Positions 28,480 through 38,258 of a stretch of DNA of 64,000 nt are shown piece after piece. The notes under the pieces are model-generated. The model did no database searches. It was not told the DNA's origin and worked only from the letters and a program-made list of their open reading frames with translations. Each line of letters starts with the position of its first letter. Position 1 is the first letter of the stretch. The position numbers and the translations under genes were made by a program. The stretch lies in the NCBI GenBank assembly GCA_963675595.2, contig CAXXLZ010000002.1, positions 288,001-352,000 of the forward strand. Reading direction: 5' to 3'. The DNA comes from Thermodesulfobacteriota bacterium (lineage in GTDB: Bacteria; Desulfobacterota; Desulfarculia; JACQYL01).

Positions 28480-30516
28480 ATGCGTTTTTTCAAGAAGAGC
28501 GAACCGGAGGAGCCCCGGATCGATTCCGACTCGTCGGAAGAACTCGTAGTTCTTTCGCGGCGGGTTTCGGAGTCTCCCATGCCTCCCCTGGTTCGGGACG
28601 CCTCCATGAAGGAAATGGAGCGCCTCACCAAGATTCATCCGGACTCGAGCGAATACACCATCGGGATCACGTACCTGGCCTATCTGCTCTCCATGCCCTG
28701 GCGGACCCGCACCGAAGACAATCTGGACATCCGCAGAGCCCGGGTTATCCTCGACGAGGACCACTTCGCCCTTCCCGAGATCAAGGAACGCATCCTGGAA
28801 TACCTGGCGGTTCGCAAACTGAGAACGGAAAGGCGTCCGAGTATTTTGGTGGTGGAAGACGAAGAGATTACCCGAAAGAACCTGGTCCGCGTTCTGAGCA
28901 AAGAAGGATACGAGACACAGGCCGCTCCCAACGGCATAGAAGCCCTATCCTGCCTGCGTGAGCATTCCTTCGATGTGATGATCACCGACCTGAAAATGGA
29001 CAAACTGGACGGCATCGAACTGCTCAAAAGAACCAAGGAGACCCATCCCCACGTCTCCGTAATCATTATTACGGGGTACGCCACGGTGGACTCCGCTGTG
29101 GAAGCCATGAAGGTGGGGGCCGCCGACTACATCGCCAAACCGTTCCAGCTGGACGACGTGAGGTCGGCGGTCCGAGGCGTGCTGGAACAGAAACGTTTCG
29201 ACCACGAGATGCAGGGGCCCGTACTTTGCTTTGTGGGCCCTCCCGGAACGGGTAAGACCTCTTTGGGGCGTTCCGTGGCACGGGCTTTGGAGCGGCGCTT
29301 CGTTCGAATATCCCTCGCCGGAATGAAGGACGAGGCCGAGATTCGGGGACACCGGCGGACCTACTCCGGCGCCCTCCCCGGCAGGATCATCCAGGAGATT
29401 CGTCGGGTGGGCTGTGTGAACCCCGTTTTCATGATGGACGAAGTGGACAAGATCGGTCGGGAATTCAAAGGCGATCCCGCGGCCGCCCTGCTCGAGGTCC
29501 TGGACCCGGAGCAGAATAGCCGATTCATGGACTACTATCTGGACGTTCCCTTCGATCTGTCCCAGGTCATGTTCATTCTAACGGCCAATATTACGGACCC
29601 CATTCCTTCTCCCCTCCTGGACCGCATGGAGATGCTGCCCTTCTCCGGCTACACGGACGAAGAAAAAGTAGAGATCGCCGCCAGGTATTTGGTCCCCAGA
29701 CAAGTGTCCGAAAACGGTCTCGAAGACTTTCCTCCCACATTCAAACAGGAAGCGCTGCAACGCATCGTTCGGGAGTACACCAGGGAGGCGGGCCTCAGGG
29801 AATTGGAGAGACAGATCGCCGCCGTCTGCAGAAGAATCGCCCGCGATTTCGTCCAAATGGACACCGAACGCCGCTCTTTATCCGTCGAAGGCGAAGACGT
29901 TCACAATTATTTGGGTCCCAGGAGGTATTACGAGGAAATCGCCGAGGCCAAAGATCGTGTGGGCGTGGCCACCGGATTGGTGAGGACGGAATCCGGCGGC
30001 AGCATCATGTTCATCGAAGCGACCACCATGAAAGGCCGGGGAAGCCTGATCCTTACCGGTTCCCTGGGTGAGGTCATGAGAGAGTCCGCCCAGGCCGCGC
30101 TCAGTCATATCCGGAGCAACGCGGAACGCTTCGGCATTTCGGAGGATCGTTTTCTCGAAAACGACGTACACGTGCATGTCCCGGCAGGTGCGGTACCCAA
30201 AGACGGACCTTCCGCCGGCCTGACCATCGCCGTCGCCCTCCTCTCCGTTTTCACGGGCTTGCCCGCCAGCAGGAAAGTGGCCTGCACCGGTGAAATCACC
30301 CTCACCGGACGCATTCTTCCAGTGGCGGGGCTTCGAGAGAAGATACTGGCGGCGAAAAGGGCCAAGGTGGAAACCGTGATTCTGCCCGAACGAAACCGGA
30401 CCGACCTGGAAATGCTTCCGGAGCGCATCCGGACGGGTATCCGATTCCAACCCATCGACTCTTTGGAAGAAGCCATGAAAGAGTCGATTCCCGGAATCCG
30501 TCTCAATTCCGTCTGA
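28480..30516 (+). CDS. lon: Lon (S16) protease lacking the N-domain, with an inserted response-regulator receiver domain
   Basis: LDEDHF..KERILEYLAVRKL-[REC]-GPVLCFVGPPGTGKT, HRRTYSGALPG, MMDEVDK, PKDGPSAG, GLREKILAA. Confidence 0.92.
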   Translation: MRFFKKSEPEEPRIDSDSSEELVVLSRRVSESPMPPLVRDASMKEMERLTKIHPDSSEYTIGITYLAYLLSMPWRTRTEDNLDIRRARVILDEDHFALPEIKERILEYLAVRKLRTERRPSILVVEDEEITRKNLVRVLSKEGYETQAAPNGIEALSCLREHSFDVMITDLKMDKLDGIELLKRTKETHPHVSVIIITGYATVDSAVEAMKVGAADYIAKPFQLDDVRSAVRGVLEQKRFDHEMQGPVLCFVGPPGTGKTSLGRSVARALERRFVRISLAGMKDEAEIRGHRRTYSGALPGRIIQEIRRVGCVNPVFMMDEVDKIGREFKGDPAAALLEVLDPEQNSRFMDYYLDVPFDLSQVMFILTANITDPIPSPLLDRMEMLPFSGYTDEEKVEIAARYLVPRQVSENGLEDFPPTFKQEALQRIVREYTREAGLRELERQIAAVCRRIARDFVQMDTERRSLSVEGEDVHNYLGPRRYYEEIAEAKDRVGVATGLVRTESGGSIMFIEATTMKGRGSLILTGSLGEVMRESAQAALSHIRSNAERFGISEDRFLENDVHVHVPAGAVPKDGPSAGLTIAVALLSVFTGLPASRKVACTGEITLTGRILPVAGLREKILAAKRAKVETVILPERNRTDLEMLPERIRTGIRFQPIDSLEEAMKESIPGIRLNSV

Positions 30517-30741
30517 ACTTCATCCGTGATCCGATCCCACTCCGCGTCACGGGGAAACTCCCCTCGCCGGCCCTCCGGATGACCGTCAACATTTGAGTTC
30601 GCCTCCCTGTAGGACCCGGGTCGGAATCCGGCCCTAGACATAATGGCTGCACGTGCAGGAAAGTAGGCCCGTCTCCTGCGTTGTTGGGTTATGGTGCGAG
30701 TAATCAGCACGCCCATCGAACCAACACCAAGGAGGCAGGCC

Positions 30742-31848
30742 ATGACCGATTTTATCTTTGTTGGATTGGATGTTCACCAGAAATCGATAGACGTTGCCTT
30801 GGCCGAAGGGTCCCGTGATGGAGAAGTCCGATCTTACGGCAAGATCAACGGGGAGCCGTCGGATGTGGATCGATTGTTTCGCCGGCTGGGCTACAAGAAG
30901 GATCGGCTTCGGGTGGTCTACGAAGCCGGCCCATGCGGCTACGTTCTTTGCCGGCACCTGCATGCCCGGGGAATCCATTGCACGGTCGTGGCGCCCTCGC
31001 TGACGCCCCGACGAGCCGGCGATCGGATCAAGACGGATCGACGGGATGCGGTCACCCTGGCTCGTCTTCATCGGGCTGGAGAACTCACGGGGGTGTATGT
31101 TCCCCGTGTGGAGGACGAGGCGATACGGGATTTGACCAGGGCCCGGGAGGATGCCAAGAGCTCGGAGCGAAAGGCCAAACAGCGGCTCAACGCCTTTTTG
31201 CTGCGCCACGGTCGGAAGTACGGCGGGCCGCGGAAGTGGAGCCGGGCCCACCGGAGGTGGCTTTCGGACCAGTCGTTTGAACACCCGGCCCAGCAGATCG
31301 TTTTTCAGGAGTATATCGACACCATTGAAGAGTGCGAGCGCCGGGTGGCGCGATTGGTGGAGCAGATTGGCGAGCAGGTGGAGCACTGGCCTATGAAACC
31401 GGTCGTGGAGGCCTTCCAATCGATGCGAGGCGTGTCGTTGATCGTGGCCGCCACTGTGGTGGCCGAAGTGGGCGACATGACGCGATTTGATGAGCCCGGG
31501 CAGTTGACGGCGTATCTGGGTTTGGTCCCCTCGGAGAGTTCCAGCGGAGGACGGCGCAAACAAGGAGGCATTACCAAGTCCGGCAACGGACATGCGCGCC
31601 GGGTATTGATCCAGGGGGCCTGGACCTATCGCTATCCGCCCCGAGTGGGCCGCAGGCTGAGGGATCGGCGGGAGGAGGCGCCGTCCGAGGTCTGCAAGAT
31701 CGGCTGGAAGGCCCAGCTGCGTCTGTGCGGCCGGTACCACCGGCTGATGGCCCGGGGTAAGCCGTCGCAAGTGGCCGTCACGGCCATTGCAAGGGAGATG
31801 GCCGCCTTTCTGTGGGCGATCGCCAGAGAGGTTCCCGTTGCCGCTTAG
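30742..31848 (+). CDS. IS110-family DEDD recombinase/transposase
   Basis: VGLDVHQ, YEAGP, KTDRRDA (DEDD), LGLVPSESSSG (catalytic Ser region); AGGAGG RBS. Confidence 0.95.
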   Translation: MTDFIFVGLDVHQKSIDVALAEGSRDGEVRSYGKINGEPSDVDRLFRRLGYKKDRLRVVYEAGPCGYVLCRHLHARGIHCTVVAPSLTPRRAGDRIKTDRRDAVTLARLHRAGELTGVYVPRVEDEAIRDLTRAREDAKSSERKAKQRLNAFLLRHGRKYGGPRKWSRAHRRWLSDQSFEHPAQQIVFQEYIDTIEECERRVARLVEQIGEQVEHWPMKPVVEAFQSMRGVSLIVAATVVAEVGDMTRFDEPGQLTAYLGLVPSESSSGGRRKQGGITKSGNGHARRVLIQGAWTYRYPPRVGRRLRDRREEAPSEVCKIGWKAQLRLCGRYHRLMARGKPSQVAVTAIAREMAAFLWAIAREVPVAA

Positions 31849-31914
31849 CCTCACATCAACACCATATCGTTCGATTTGGAAGGAGGACGGCACTGTAAAA
31901 GGGAAAAACACCGG

Positions 31915-32109
31915 CTTCAACCTGTGAGCAGGGGCGCAACCGCGGTAAGGAGAATCCTCGTGACCTGATAGGAGATCTGGCATCTGCCGAACCCTCGTCT
32001 CTAGAAAGAGGCAGCTCCGCGACGAACCAAGTCCGGCGGTAACCAACCCGCGAATATCAGCATGATCCACCGTCGCTATGCAGGTTCCGCCTCTGTCCGC
32101 AGGTTGAAG
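31915..32109 (+). ncRNA. Putative bridge/seek RNA of the IS110 element
   Basis: 27-bp closing stem 31915-31941/32083-32109 with G-U pairs; two internal-loop hairpins carrying CCTGATAGG (target match) and ATATCAG (circle-junction match). Confidence 0.75.
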
Positions 32110-32187
32110 TTCCATAAATGGTAGCCATACCCCAACGTTACAAGGGGCGGAAGAATTCTGCGCCCTATTGACGTGTGCAGCCATATC

Positions 32188-32343
32188 ATCAGGCTGCAGG
32201 AAAACGCGACTTGCGGCGTTGCGCTTCATCCCTTGTCACTGCGACGTACTCTATGTACGTCTCATTCCTCGGGATTTGCACGCCTTGCATGTCATCGTTT
32301 TTCACCGACCTGTAATAACCGGCCTTTTTCAACGGGCGGATAG
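32188..32343 (+). repeat. MITE-like family A copy, IS110 target (its first bases CT lie at 30634-30635)
   Basis: High similarity to 14857-15015; reconstructed termini CTATC...GATAG. Confidence 0.8.
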
Positions 32344-32782
32344 TGAATCATATCCTCCGTCCGGCCGTCGGCCCGTTTCCATGAGTGATGAACAAGTTGA
32401 TTCGAGGACTCCCAAGGTCCCCATCCGTTTGTTTCGAAACATTTGGGACAACCACCGGCCCCGCCGCCGCCGATATTCGGACTGTCCACATTCCGAACCC
32501 CTTGTCTCACCAGGTATTTCTTCAATCATAAGACACTCTTTCGAAGGCCTCGGTCCGAGAGCATCGTACGGAGGTACGAGGGAAGAAAAGCACGCACAAA
32601 TCCGTTTCGTACTGTCCCGTTTTTTTCTCTTCACTATTTCCCAAAGACGTTGTAGTCTGCAACAATTTGCAACGATCCCACTGCCCGGTTTTTTCGTTTG
32701 ACTTTTGGTCGCACACTCTTTAGACGTTATTACGCGCGTGTGATATTCGTCCTGAAAGACTTCTCCTGCGGAGGAATCCAAT

Positions 32783-33745
32783 ATGATCAACCGGAAGAAT
32801 TGGAAAGCGATCGGGCTGTTGTTGTTTCTGTTTCTCTCACTGGTTTCGTCTCCCTTGTGGGCATCAACCGAAGGACCGGCCGTTCCCACTACCGAATCCG
32901 ACGTGGCTTGGTGGGTTTGGCCGTTGGTCTTGTTCTTTTTCTGTTTCATCCTCGGAATCATCGCCGTGTTGGCCGGGGTGGGAGGCGGCGTCCTTTACGT
33001 CCCTCTGGTCAGCGGCTTTTTTCCCTTTCATCTTGACTTCGTCAGGGGCGCGGGCCTCTTGGTGGCTCTGGCCGGGGCTTTGGCGGCCGGCCCGGGTTTA
33101 CTGAAACGCAACTTGGCGAGTCTACGGCTGGCGCTTCCCGTGGCCCTCATCGCCTCGTCCTGCGCCATTGTCGGGGCCATGCTGGGTCTGGCTCTTCCCA
33201 CGCATATCATTCAAATCTGTCTTGGAGGGACGATCATCGGAATCACCGCGCTCCTTTTCTTCTCCAAGAACGTGGAGCGTCCCACCGTCACCAAACAGGA
33301 CGCCGTGGGAGCCGCCTTGGGAATGCAGGGGATCTACACGGAAGCATCTTCGGGCGAAAACGTGGAGTGGAAGACCCATCGGACCCTCACGGGCCTGATC
33401 CTTTTCATCGTCATCGGCGTGATGGCCGGTATGTTCGGGCTGGGCGCCGGCTGGGCCAACGTACCCGTACTCAATCTCCTCATGGGAGCTCCGCTGAAGA
33501 TCGGCGTGGGGACCAGTAAGTTCCTGCTCTCCATTACCGACACCTCGGCGGCTTGGGTCTATCTCAACCAAGGTTGCGTTATTCCCCTCATCGCCATCCC
33601 CTCCATTGTGGGTCTGATGTTGGGCTCCTTCATGGGAGTACGTATTCTTGCAGTGGCCAAACCCAAGATTATCCGCTATCTCGTTATCGTTACTCTGCTG
33701 TTCGCCGGAACCAAGGCATTGCTCAAAGGCCTCGGAATAGGCTGA
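32783..33745 (+). CDS. Sulfite exporter TauE/SafE (TSUP, DUF81) family protein
   Basis: AVLAGVGGGVLYVP, AGMFGLGAGWANVP, GTSKF, G..LGS..G repeats. Confidence 0.88.
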   Translation: MINRKNWKAIGLLLFLFLSLVSSPLWASTEGPAVPTTESDVAWWVWPLVLFFFCFILGIIAVLAGVGGGVLYVPLVSGFFPFHLDFVRGAGLLVALAGALAAGPGLLKRNLASLRLALPVALIASSCAIVGAMLGLALPTHIIQICLGGTIIGITALLFFSKNVERPTVTKQDAVGAALGMQGIYTEASSGENVEWKTHRTLTGLILFIVIGVMAGMFGLGAGWANVPVLNLLMGAPLKIGVGTSKFLLSITDTSAAWVYLNQGCVIPLIAIPSIVGLMLGSFMGVRILAVAKPKIIRYLVIVTLLFAGTKALLKGLGIG

Positions 33746-33761
33746 GAAAGGAGATCATCCC

Positions 33762-34190
33762 ATGGCCCAGACTTCATCCGGACCTGTCAAAGCGCCGCCG
33801 GAACAAATAAAATACGCCGACCTTCTCTATTATGGAGCGTGGATCGGTATTTTCCTAATGGCCATCACCTACGCCGTCTATGTTACGGGCATATTGAAAC
33901 CCCTGATTCCTCTGCACGAGGTACCGAACTACTGGTCAATGTCCGTGCACGACTACCTCGCTCAAACCGGTGCGCCCACCGGTTGGGGATGGGCGGCACT
34001 TCTCCATCGAGGCGACTACCTCAACTTTATAGGAATCGCCGTCCTTGCCTTAATGACCATCGTCTGCTATTTTATTCTGATCTCCGCATATTCCAAAAAG
34101 AAGGACACGGCCTACATGGTCATCGCCATCGCGGAGGTGGTCGTTTTGTGCGTCGCCGCTTCGGGACTTCTGGGAGCCGGCGGCCATTAG
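33762..34190 (+). CDS. DUF1634-like small membrane protein (usual TSUP partner)
   Basis: PPEQIKYA, GWGW, GDYLNFIGI; 3 TM; directly after TSUP gene. Confidence 0.75.
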   Translation: MAQTSSGPVKAPPEQIKYADLLYYGAWIGIFLMAITYAVYVTGILKPLIPLHEVPNYWSMSVHDYLAQTGAPTGWGWAALLHRGDYLNFIGIAVLALMTIVCYFILISAYSKKKDTAYMVIAIAEVVVLCVAASGLLGAGGH

Positions 34191-34341
34191 AAAGCCTTTG
34201 AAAAAGGCCGGTTCCCGCAGGCTGCGGAAAAGCGTTGACATGAAAAGCGCGCAAATCTTCCGGATTAAGACGTACCGAGGTACGTCGCAGTGACGAAAGA
34301 GGAAGCGCGACGCCCCCATCGCATTTTTCAACGGCCTGTCG
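34187..34341 (-). repeat. MITE-like family A copy starting on the TAG stop of the upstream gene
   Basis: TTAGAAAGCCTTTGAAAAA ... GACGTAC-CGAG-GTACGTC ... TTTTTCAACGGCCTGTC. Confidence 0.75.
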
Positions 34342-34399
34342 GACTCTCCCCTCGGAACGCGGTTCCGTACGAGTTGCTTCTTCATCATGAGGTGAATCC

Positions 34400-35242
34400 A
34401 TGAAAGTGCTGGTAGGCGTTGATCAAAGTCCTGAATCCCGTATGGCGCTCCGATACGTTTGTTTCCTGCTCGACCAATTCGATGCCGTGGTGGACGCGGT
34501 TTACGTGAAACCCGATGTTCTGAGCCTCGAATTGGAAGATTTTGAGGTGCCCTTTTTCAAGAAACGCGACCACGCCGACACCATCGAGGCGGATGCGGAA
34601 AAGGTTCAAAAGGAAATCGAAAACGCTTGTGAAGTCTGCCTCGCGGGCAAAGTCCCTTGCGAACCGCGCATCGTCGTCGGCGATCCCGCCGAGGAGCTGC
34701 TCAACACGGCCCAAAACGACGCCGTGGACCTCATCGTCTTGGGCTCCCATGGTCGGTCCGCCCTCAAAGGACTGCTCATGGGGACGATCCATTCCAAGGT
34801 CCTGCATCACGCTTCGCAGCCCGTGCTCATCGTTCGCGAAGTGAGGGAAATCAGGAAGGTGTTGGTGGTATATCGCGCCACGCGGTGTGATCTCGACGCC
34901 TTGACCTTCATTTCCCCTTTGTTCGCTCGGAAGAAACCCGACATCACGGTGCTCCACGTTCAGGAAACAGGCTTGGGGGAAAGCGACGAATTCGCGCAGG
35001 CCTGCCTGCTCAAAGGGGCGGAGGTGCTGGAAGGCTCGGGTCATGCGCCTCAGCGAAAACAGGCTCAAGGCGATTTCCTCGAAGAAACGCTGCGCGAAAT
35101 CGACGGCGGGGATTACGACCTGGTGGTGCTGGGCGCTTACGGACATGATAAGCCCAAAGCCCTGCAAATGATCGGCGACGAAGCCCTGAGCATTGTCAGC
35201 AGGACCAACCGACCCGTACTTGTGTATCGGGACAAGGTATAG
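34400..35242 (+). CDS. Tandem universal stress protein
   Basis: KVLVGVDQS, LIVLGSHGR...MGT, second domain LVVLGAYG...PVLVYR. Confidence 0.88.
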   Translation: MKVLVGVDQSPESRMALRYVCFLLDQFDAVVDAVYVKPDVLSLELEDFEVPFFKKRDHADTIEADAEKVQKEIENACEVCLAGKVPCEPRIVVGDPAEELLNTAQNDAVDLIVLGSHGRSALKGLLMGTIHSKVLHHASQPVLIVREVREIRKVLVVYRATRCDLDALTFISPLFARKKPDITVLHVQETGLGESDEFAQACLLKGAEVLEGSGHAPQRKQAQGDFLEETLREIDGGDYDLVVLGAYGHDKPKALQMIGDEALSIVSRTNRPVLVYRDKV

Positions 35243-35438
35243 ATTCCAGGGCAACCTTGTCCGCAGGGCAAACGCTTACGGCGGGATCCGTCCACCCGCG
35301 GGTGGATCTCCCCCCATTTTTGCGTCTCGGCAGTTCGTACCGTGGGCTCTGCATACCGGATGGAACCACCAACGAAGACCTCCCGATGATGACGGTGGAC
35401 GTGAGCCGGTTCCATCGCGGGAAAGGGCGAGGGATAAA

Positions 35439-35987
35439 ATGGTCTGCCCCTGTTGGGTCGGATATTTTCTTCTGAATCCCCTTCGCAATCTTTTCGAATC
35501 CCCGAACAAGGTCTTTGATTCCTGCATTCGTCCGGGAATGGTCGTGCTCGAACCCGGATGCGGCATGGGATTCTTCACCCTTCCCCTCGCCCGGATGGTC
35601 GGCGAAGCGGGAAAAGTCATCGCAGTGGATATTCAACCCGGGATGCTCGCCCGTTTAAAGAGGCGCGCGGGCCGCGCAGGCCTGACGGATCGAATCCAAC
35701 TTCGGAAAGCGAACGAAAGCGGTCTTAATATAGAAGACCTCCATGGTACGGTGGATTTTGCCGCCGCCATTCACGTGGTCCACGAGACACCGAACCCCGG
35801 GCGGTTCTTCCGGGAAATCTTCGAAACGCTCAGACCGGGGGGTAGGCTGCTGATGATCGAACCCAGAGGCCACGTATCCCGAGGCGACTTCTTCAACTCC
35901 ATGGCCAAAGCGGAAAGTGTCGGCTTCCGGCCGGCAAGTCCTCTGAAGAGCGCCTTTTCCCACCGGGTACTTTTATTTAAGCCTTGA
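35439..35987 (+). CDS. Class I SAM-dependent methyltransferase
   Basis: VLEPGCGMG motif I, AVDIQ, LRPGGRLL; start estimated at MVCPCW. Confidence 0.8.
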   Translation: MVCPCWVGYFLLNPLRNLFESPNKVFDSCIRPGMVVLEPGCGMGFFTLPLARMVGEAGKVIAVDIQPGMLARLKRRAGRAGLTDRIQLRKANESGLNIEDLHGTVDFAAAIHVVHETPNPGRFFREIFETLRPGGRLLMIEPRGHVSRGDFFNSMAKAESVGFRPASPLKSAFSHRVLLFKP

Positions 35988-36420
35988 CCGATCGTCTCGC
36001 CCCTTAACGCTCCCGACTTATCCCTTGATCGTCGGCCCTCACCGCTTCCCGATAATCACCTTGATCGGTGAACTGCTGCGTCGCCCCTGTCCCTGCCACT
36101 CGAGCCAAACGCCGTTAACCATCCACATAGAGGAGCTTCCTTATTTGTTTTCACTCTTCTCTCGCACACGGTGTGAACAAATTCAACAGCCCCCCCCCGT
36201 GAATGCTCACGATTCAGGTTTCCGCTTGACGCTCGGAGGGCGTTTTCAATAGCATAACGCGACACGGGTCATGATGAGGGACCCGGTAACGGCACCTGTT
36301 GCCGTGAGCAGTCGGAGGGGTGTCCGAGGGGACCCTTCCCAATGCCTCAAGGTGTTTCAACAGGTTGGACGTCGGAGGCCGCACGTTTTAGCCGGCTCGG
36401 CAAATGCGAGGAGCGTTGGG

Positions 36421-36537
36421 AATGAGTGAGGCATCCTGATTTCTTCCGCAGCCTCTCCGCCGAAGGCGGTGATGGCTGACCAACATGCTTTGGGAGGAGG
36501 GTCGGGGGAGGACTTTCGGGAAAGTCCTCCCCGTGAA
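36421..36537 (-). repeat. Repeat family B copy
   Basis: Reverse complement of the 39726-39846 copy. Confidence 0.75.
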
Positions 36538-36681
36538 GGCTTACACCCTATTTCGCCCTCAGCCTATCCGCCAAAGGCGGTGGGGCCCGCCTGAAAATGT
36601 TTTGAACGGGGGGGATGCGGGGTGAATGGTTACCAAAATCCATCCGGCGGAGAACGTCGGGTCGTTGGGAGGCGATGACGG

Positions 36682-37227
36682 ATGGGCAATGCCTATGCTG
36701 ATCGAGACAAGAAATTTTACGGAAGAAGCTACTGGAACCCTTATGTTTGCGGCGTCATCCTCGGGCTGGCGCTTCTTTTCGCGTTCTATACCATGGGCCG
36801 GGGACTGGGTTCTTCCGGGGCTTTCGCCCGCGTCACCGTGGCGGCCACCGAAGTTGTGGCCCCCGAATACACGGCGCAGCATCCTTATCTCCAAAGCTAT
36901 GTCGAGGGAGGCCAAAACCCGCTCAACGACTGGCTCGTGTGGGAAGTCTTCGGAGTGTTGCTGGGAGGCCTGTTCAGCGCCTTTGTGTGGGGCGGCTTTT
37001 CCCGGGAAGTAGCCCGGGGGCCGAACATGGGAAAGAACGGACGGCTCCTGTTGGCTCTCATCGGAGGCATCGTGTCGGGCTGGGCCGCTCGTCTGGCGAG
37101 CGGATGCACCTCCGGCCAGGCATTGACCGGAGGCGCCGAGCTGGCCGCCGGTAGTTGGGTCTTCATGTTCTGCATCTTCGGCGGCGCCTATGCGGCGGCC
37201 TGGTTCTTCAGGAAGGAGTGGCTGTAA
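36682..37227 (+). CDS. YeeE/YedE thiosulfate/sulfur transporter family protein (half 1)
   Basis: WNPYVCG, GLGSSG, ARLASGCTSGQAL. Confidence 0.85.
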   Translation: MGNAYADRDKKFYGRSYWNPYVCGVILGLALLFAFYTMGRGLGSSGAFARVTVAATEVVAPEYTAQHPYLQSYVEGGQNPLNDWLVWEVFGVLLGGLFSAFVWGGFSREVARGPNMGKNGRLLLALIGGIVSGWAARLASGCTSGQALTGGAELAAGSWVFMFCIFGGAYAAAWFFRKEWL

Positions 37228-38258
37228 TGGGTCCGCTGGCGAAATTAGGTGTTTTCCCCGACTGGTACGGCATGCAACTGGCGGTCCTCACCGGCTTCTT
37301 TTTCGGGCTGGCGCTCCAAAGAGCGGGATTCGCCGATCCGCGAAAACTGGTGAACATCTTCTACCTGCGCGACTTCGCCGTCCTGCGAGTCATGTTCACC
37401 GCCATCGTCACCTGCAGCCTGGGTCTGGGCGTTCTCTGGTCTCTGGGCCTTTACCAAATGGAACTCATGTACATCCTGCCCACTAAGCCGGCCGCTCAGA
37501 TCATCGGAGGCCTGTTGCTGGGGGTCGGGTTCATCGTGGGAGGCTATTGTCCCACCACCAGCGTGGTGGCCGCGGTTACGGGCCGGTTGGACGGACTGGT
37601 CTTTATTTTGGGCATGTGCCTCGGAGTGGTGGGTTTCTACCTGCCTTTCGATTTGTGGCGGGGCCTGTATGAATCCTCCCAAGGCACCATTCTCCTTCCC
37701 CAAGTCCTCGGCGTGGGAAGAGGACTGACCTTGTTGTTCATTTCCGCCATGGCCGTGGGCATGTTCCTGCTGGCCGGGTGGGTGGAAGCCAAGATCAACA
37801 AGGAGGATTTGTTCACCCGGAGCACCGCCGTCACCGCCGGCGCCCTCATCTTGATTTCCGTGGCCCTGGTCCTGGTGCTGGTCAACCCGGACGGTCGTAC
37901 CGTATCGCGCTATGACGCCCAACTGACGGAGCTCAAAGACAAGCTCGACACGGCCAAGGCATCCGGCGTTGCCATGAGCGGAGTCTTGACTCCGGAGGAT
38001 CTCCGGGTCGTGGAGAACCTGGAAACCTACCTGAGCTCCTATGAGAAACCGAAAACCTATCGATTTACGGAAATGAGAGAAGCGGCCCGCCAAATCCACA
38101 TGGCGGAACCCGTGGTGAATTATCTGGTCGAATCGGTGCGGCACGCATTGCCCATGCCGCGAGCCTCCGGCCCGGCGCCCGTCGCCCCCGCTCCCCAAGC
38201 GGTAAAAGCGCCGCCCAAACCCAAAGGCTTCGTCATTATGGACGACGAGGGCTGCTGA
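37227..38258 (+). CDS. YeeE/YedE family protein (half 2) with soluble C-terminal extension ending DDEGC
   Basis: FGLALQRAGF, LRVMFTA, GGLLLGVGFIVGGYCPTTS; TAATG coupling. Confidence 0.82.
   Translation: MGPLAKLGVFPDWYGMQLAVLTGFFFGLALQRAGFADPRKLVNIFYLRDFAVLRVMFTAIVTCSLGLGVLWSLGLYQMELMYILPTKPAAQIIGGLLLGVGFIVGGYCPTTSVVAAVTGRLDGLVFILGMCLGVVGFYLPFDLWRGLYESSQGTILLPQVLGVGRGLTLLFISAMAVGMFLLAGWVEAKINKEDLFTRSTAVTAGALILISVALVLVLVNPDGRTVSRYDAQLTELKDKLDTAKASGVAMSGVLTPEDLRVVENLETYLSSYEKPKTYRFTEMREAARQIHMAEPVVNYLVESVRHALPMPRASGPAPVAPAPQAVKAPPKPKGFVIMDDEGC

Larger units (their letters stand above)
30636..32187 (+). mobile_element. IS110-family element (IS1111-like architecture)
   Basis: Sub-terminal IRs ATGGCTGCAC (30643-30652) / GTGCAGCCAT (32175-32184); long 3' non-coding end; no target duplication; removal restores a family-A repeat terminus. 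Confidence 0.88.

Noticed and set aside
30634-32229. 531-aa minus-strand ORF covering the IS110
   Set aside because: Antisense shadow of the transposase in GC-rich DNA; no recognisable motifs
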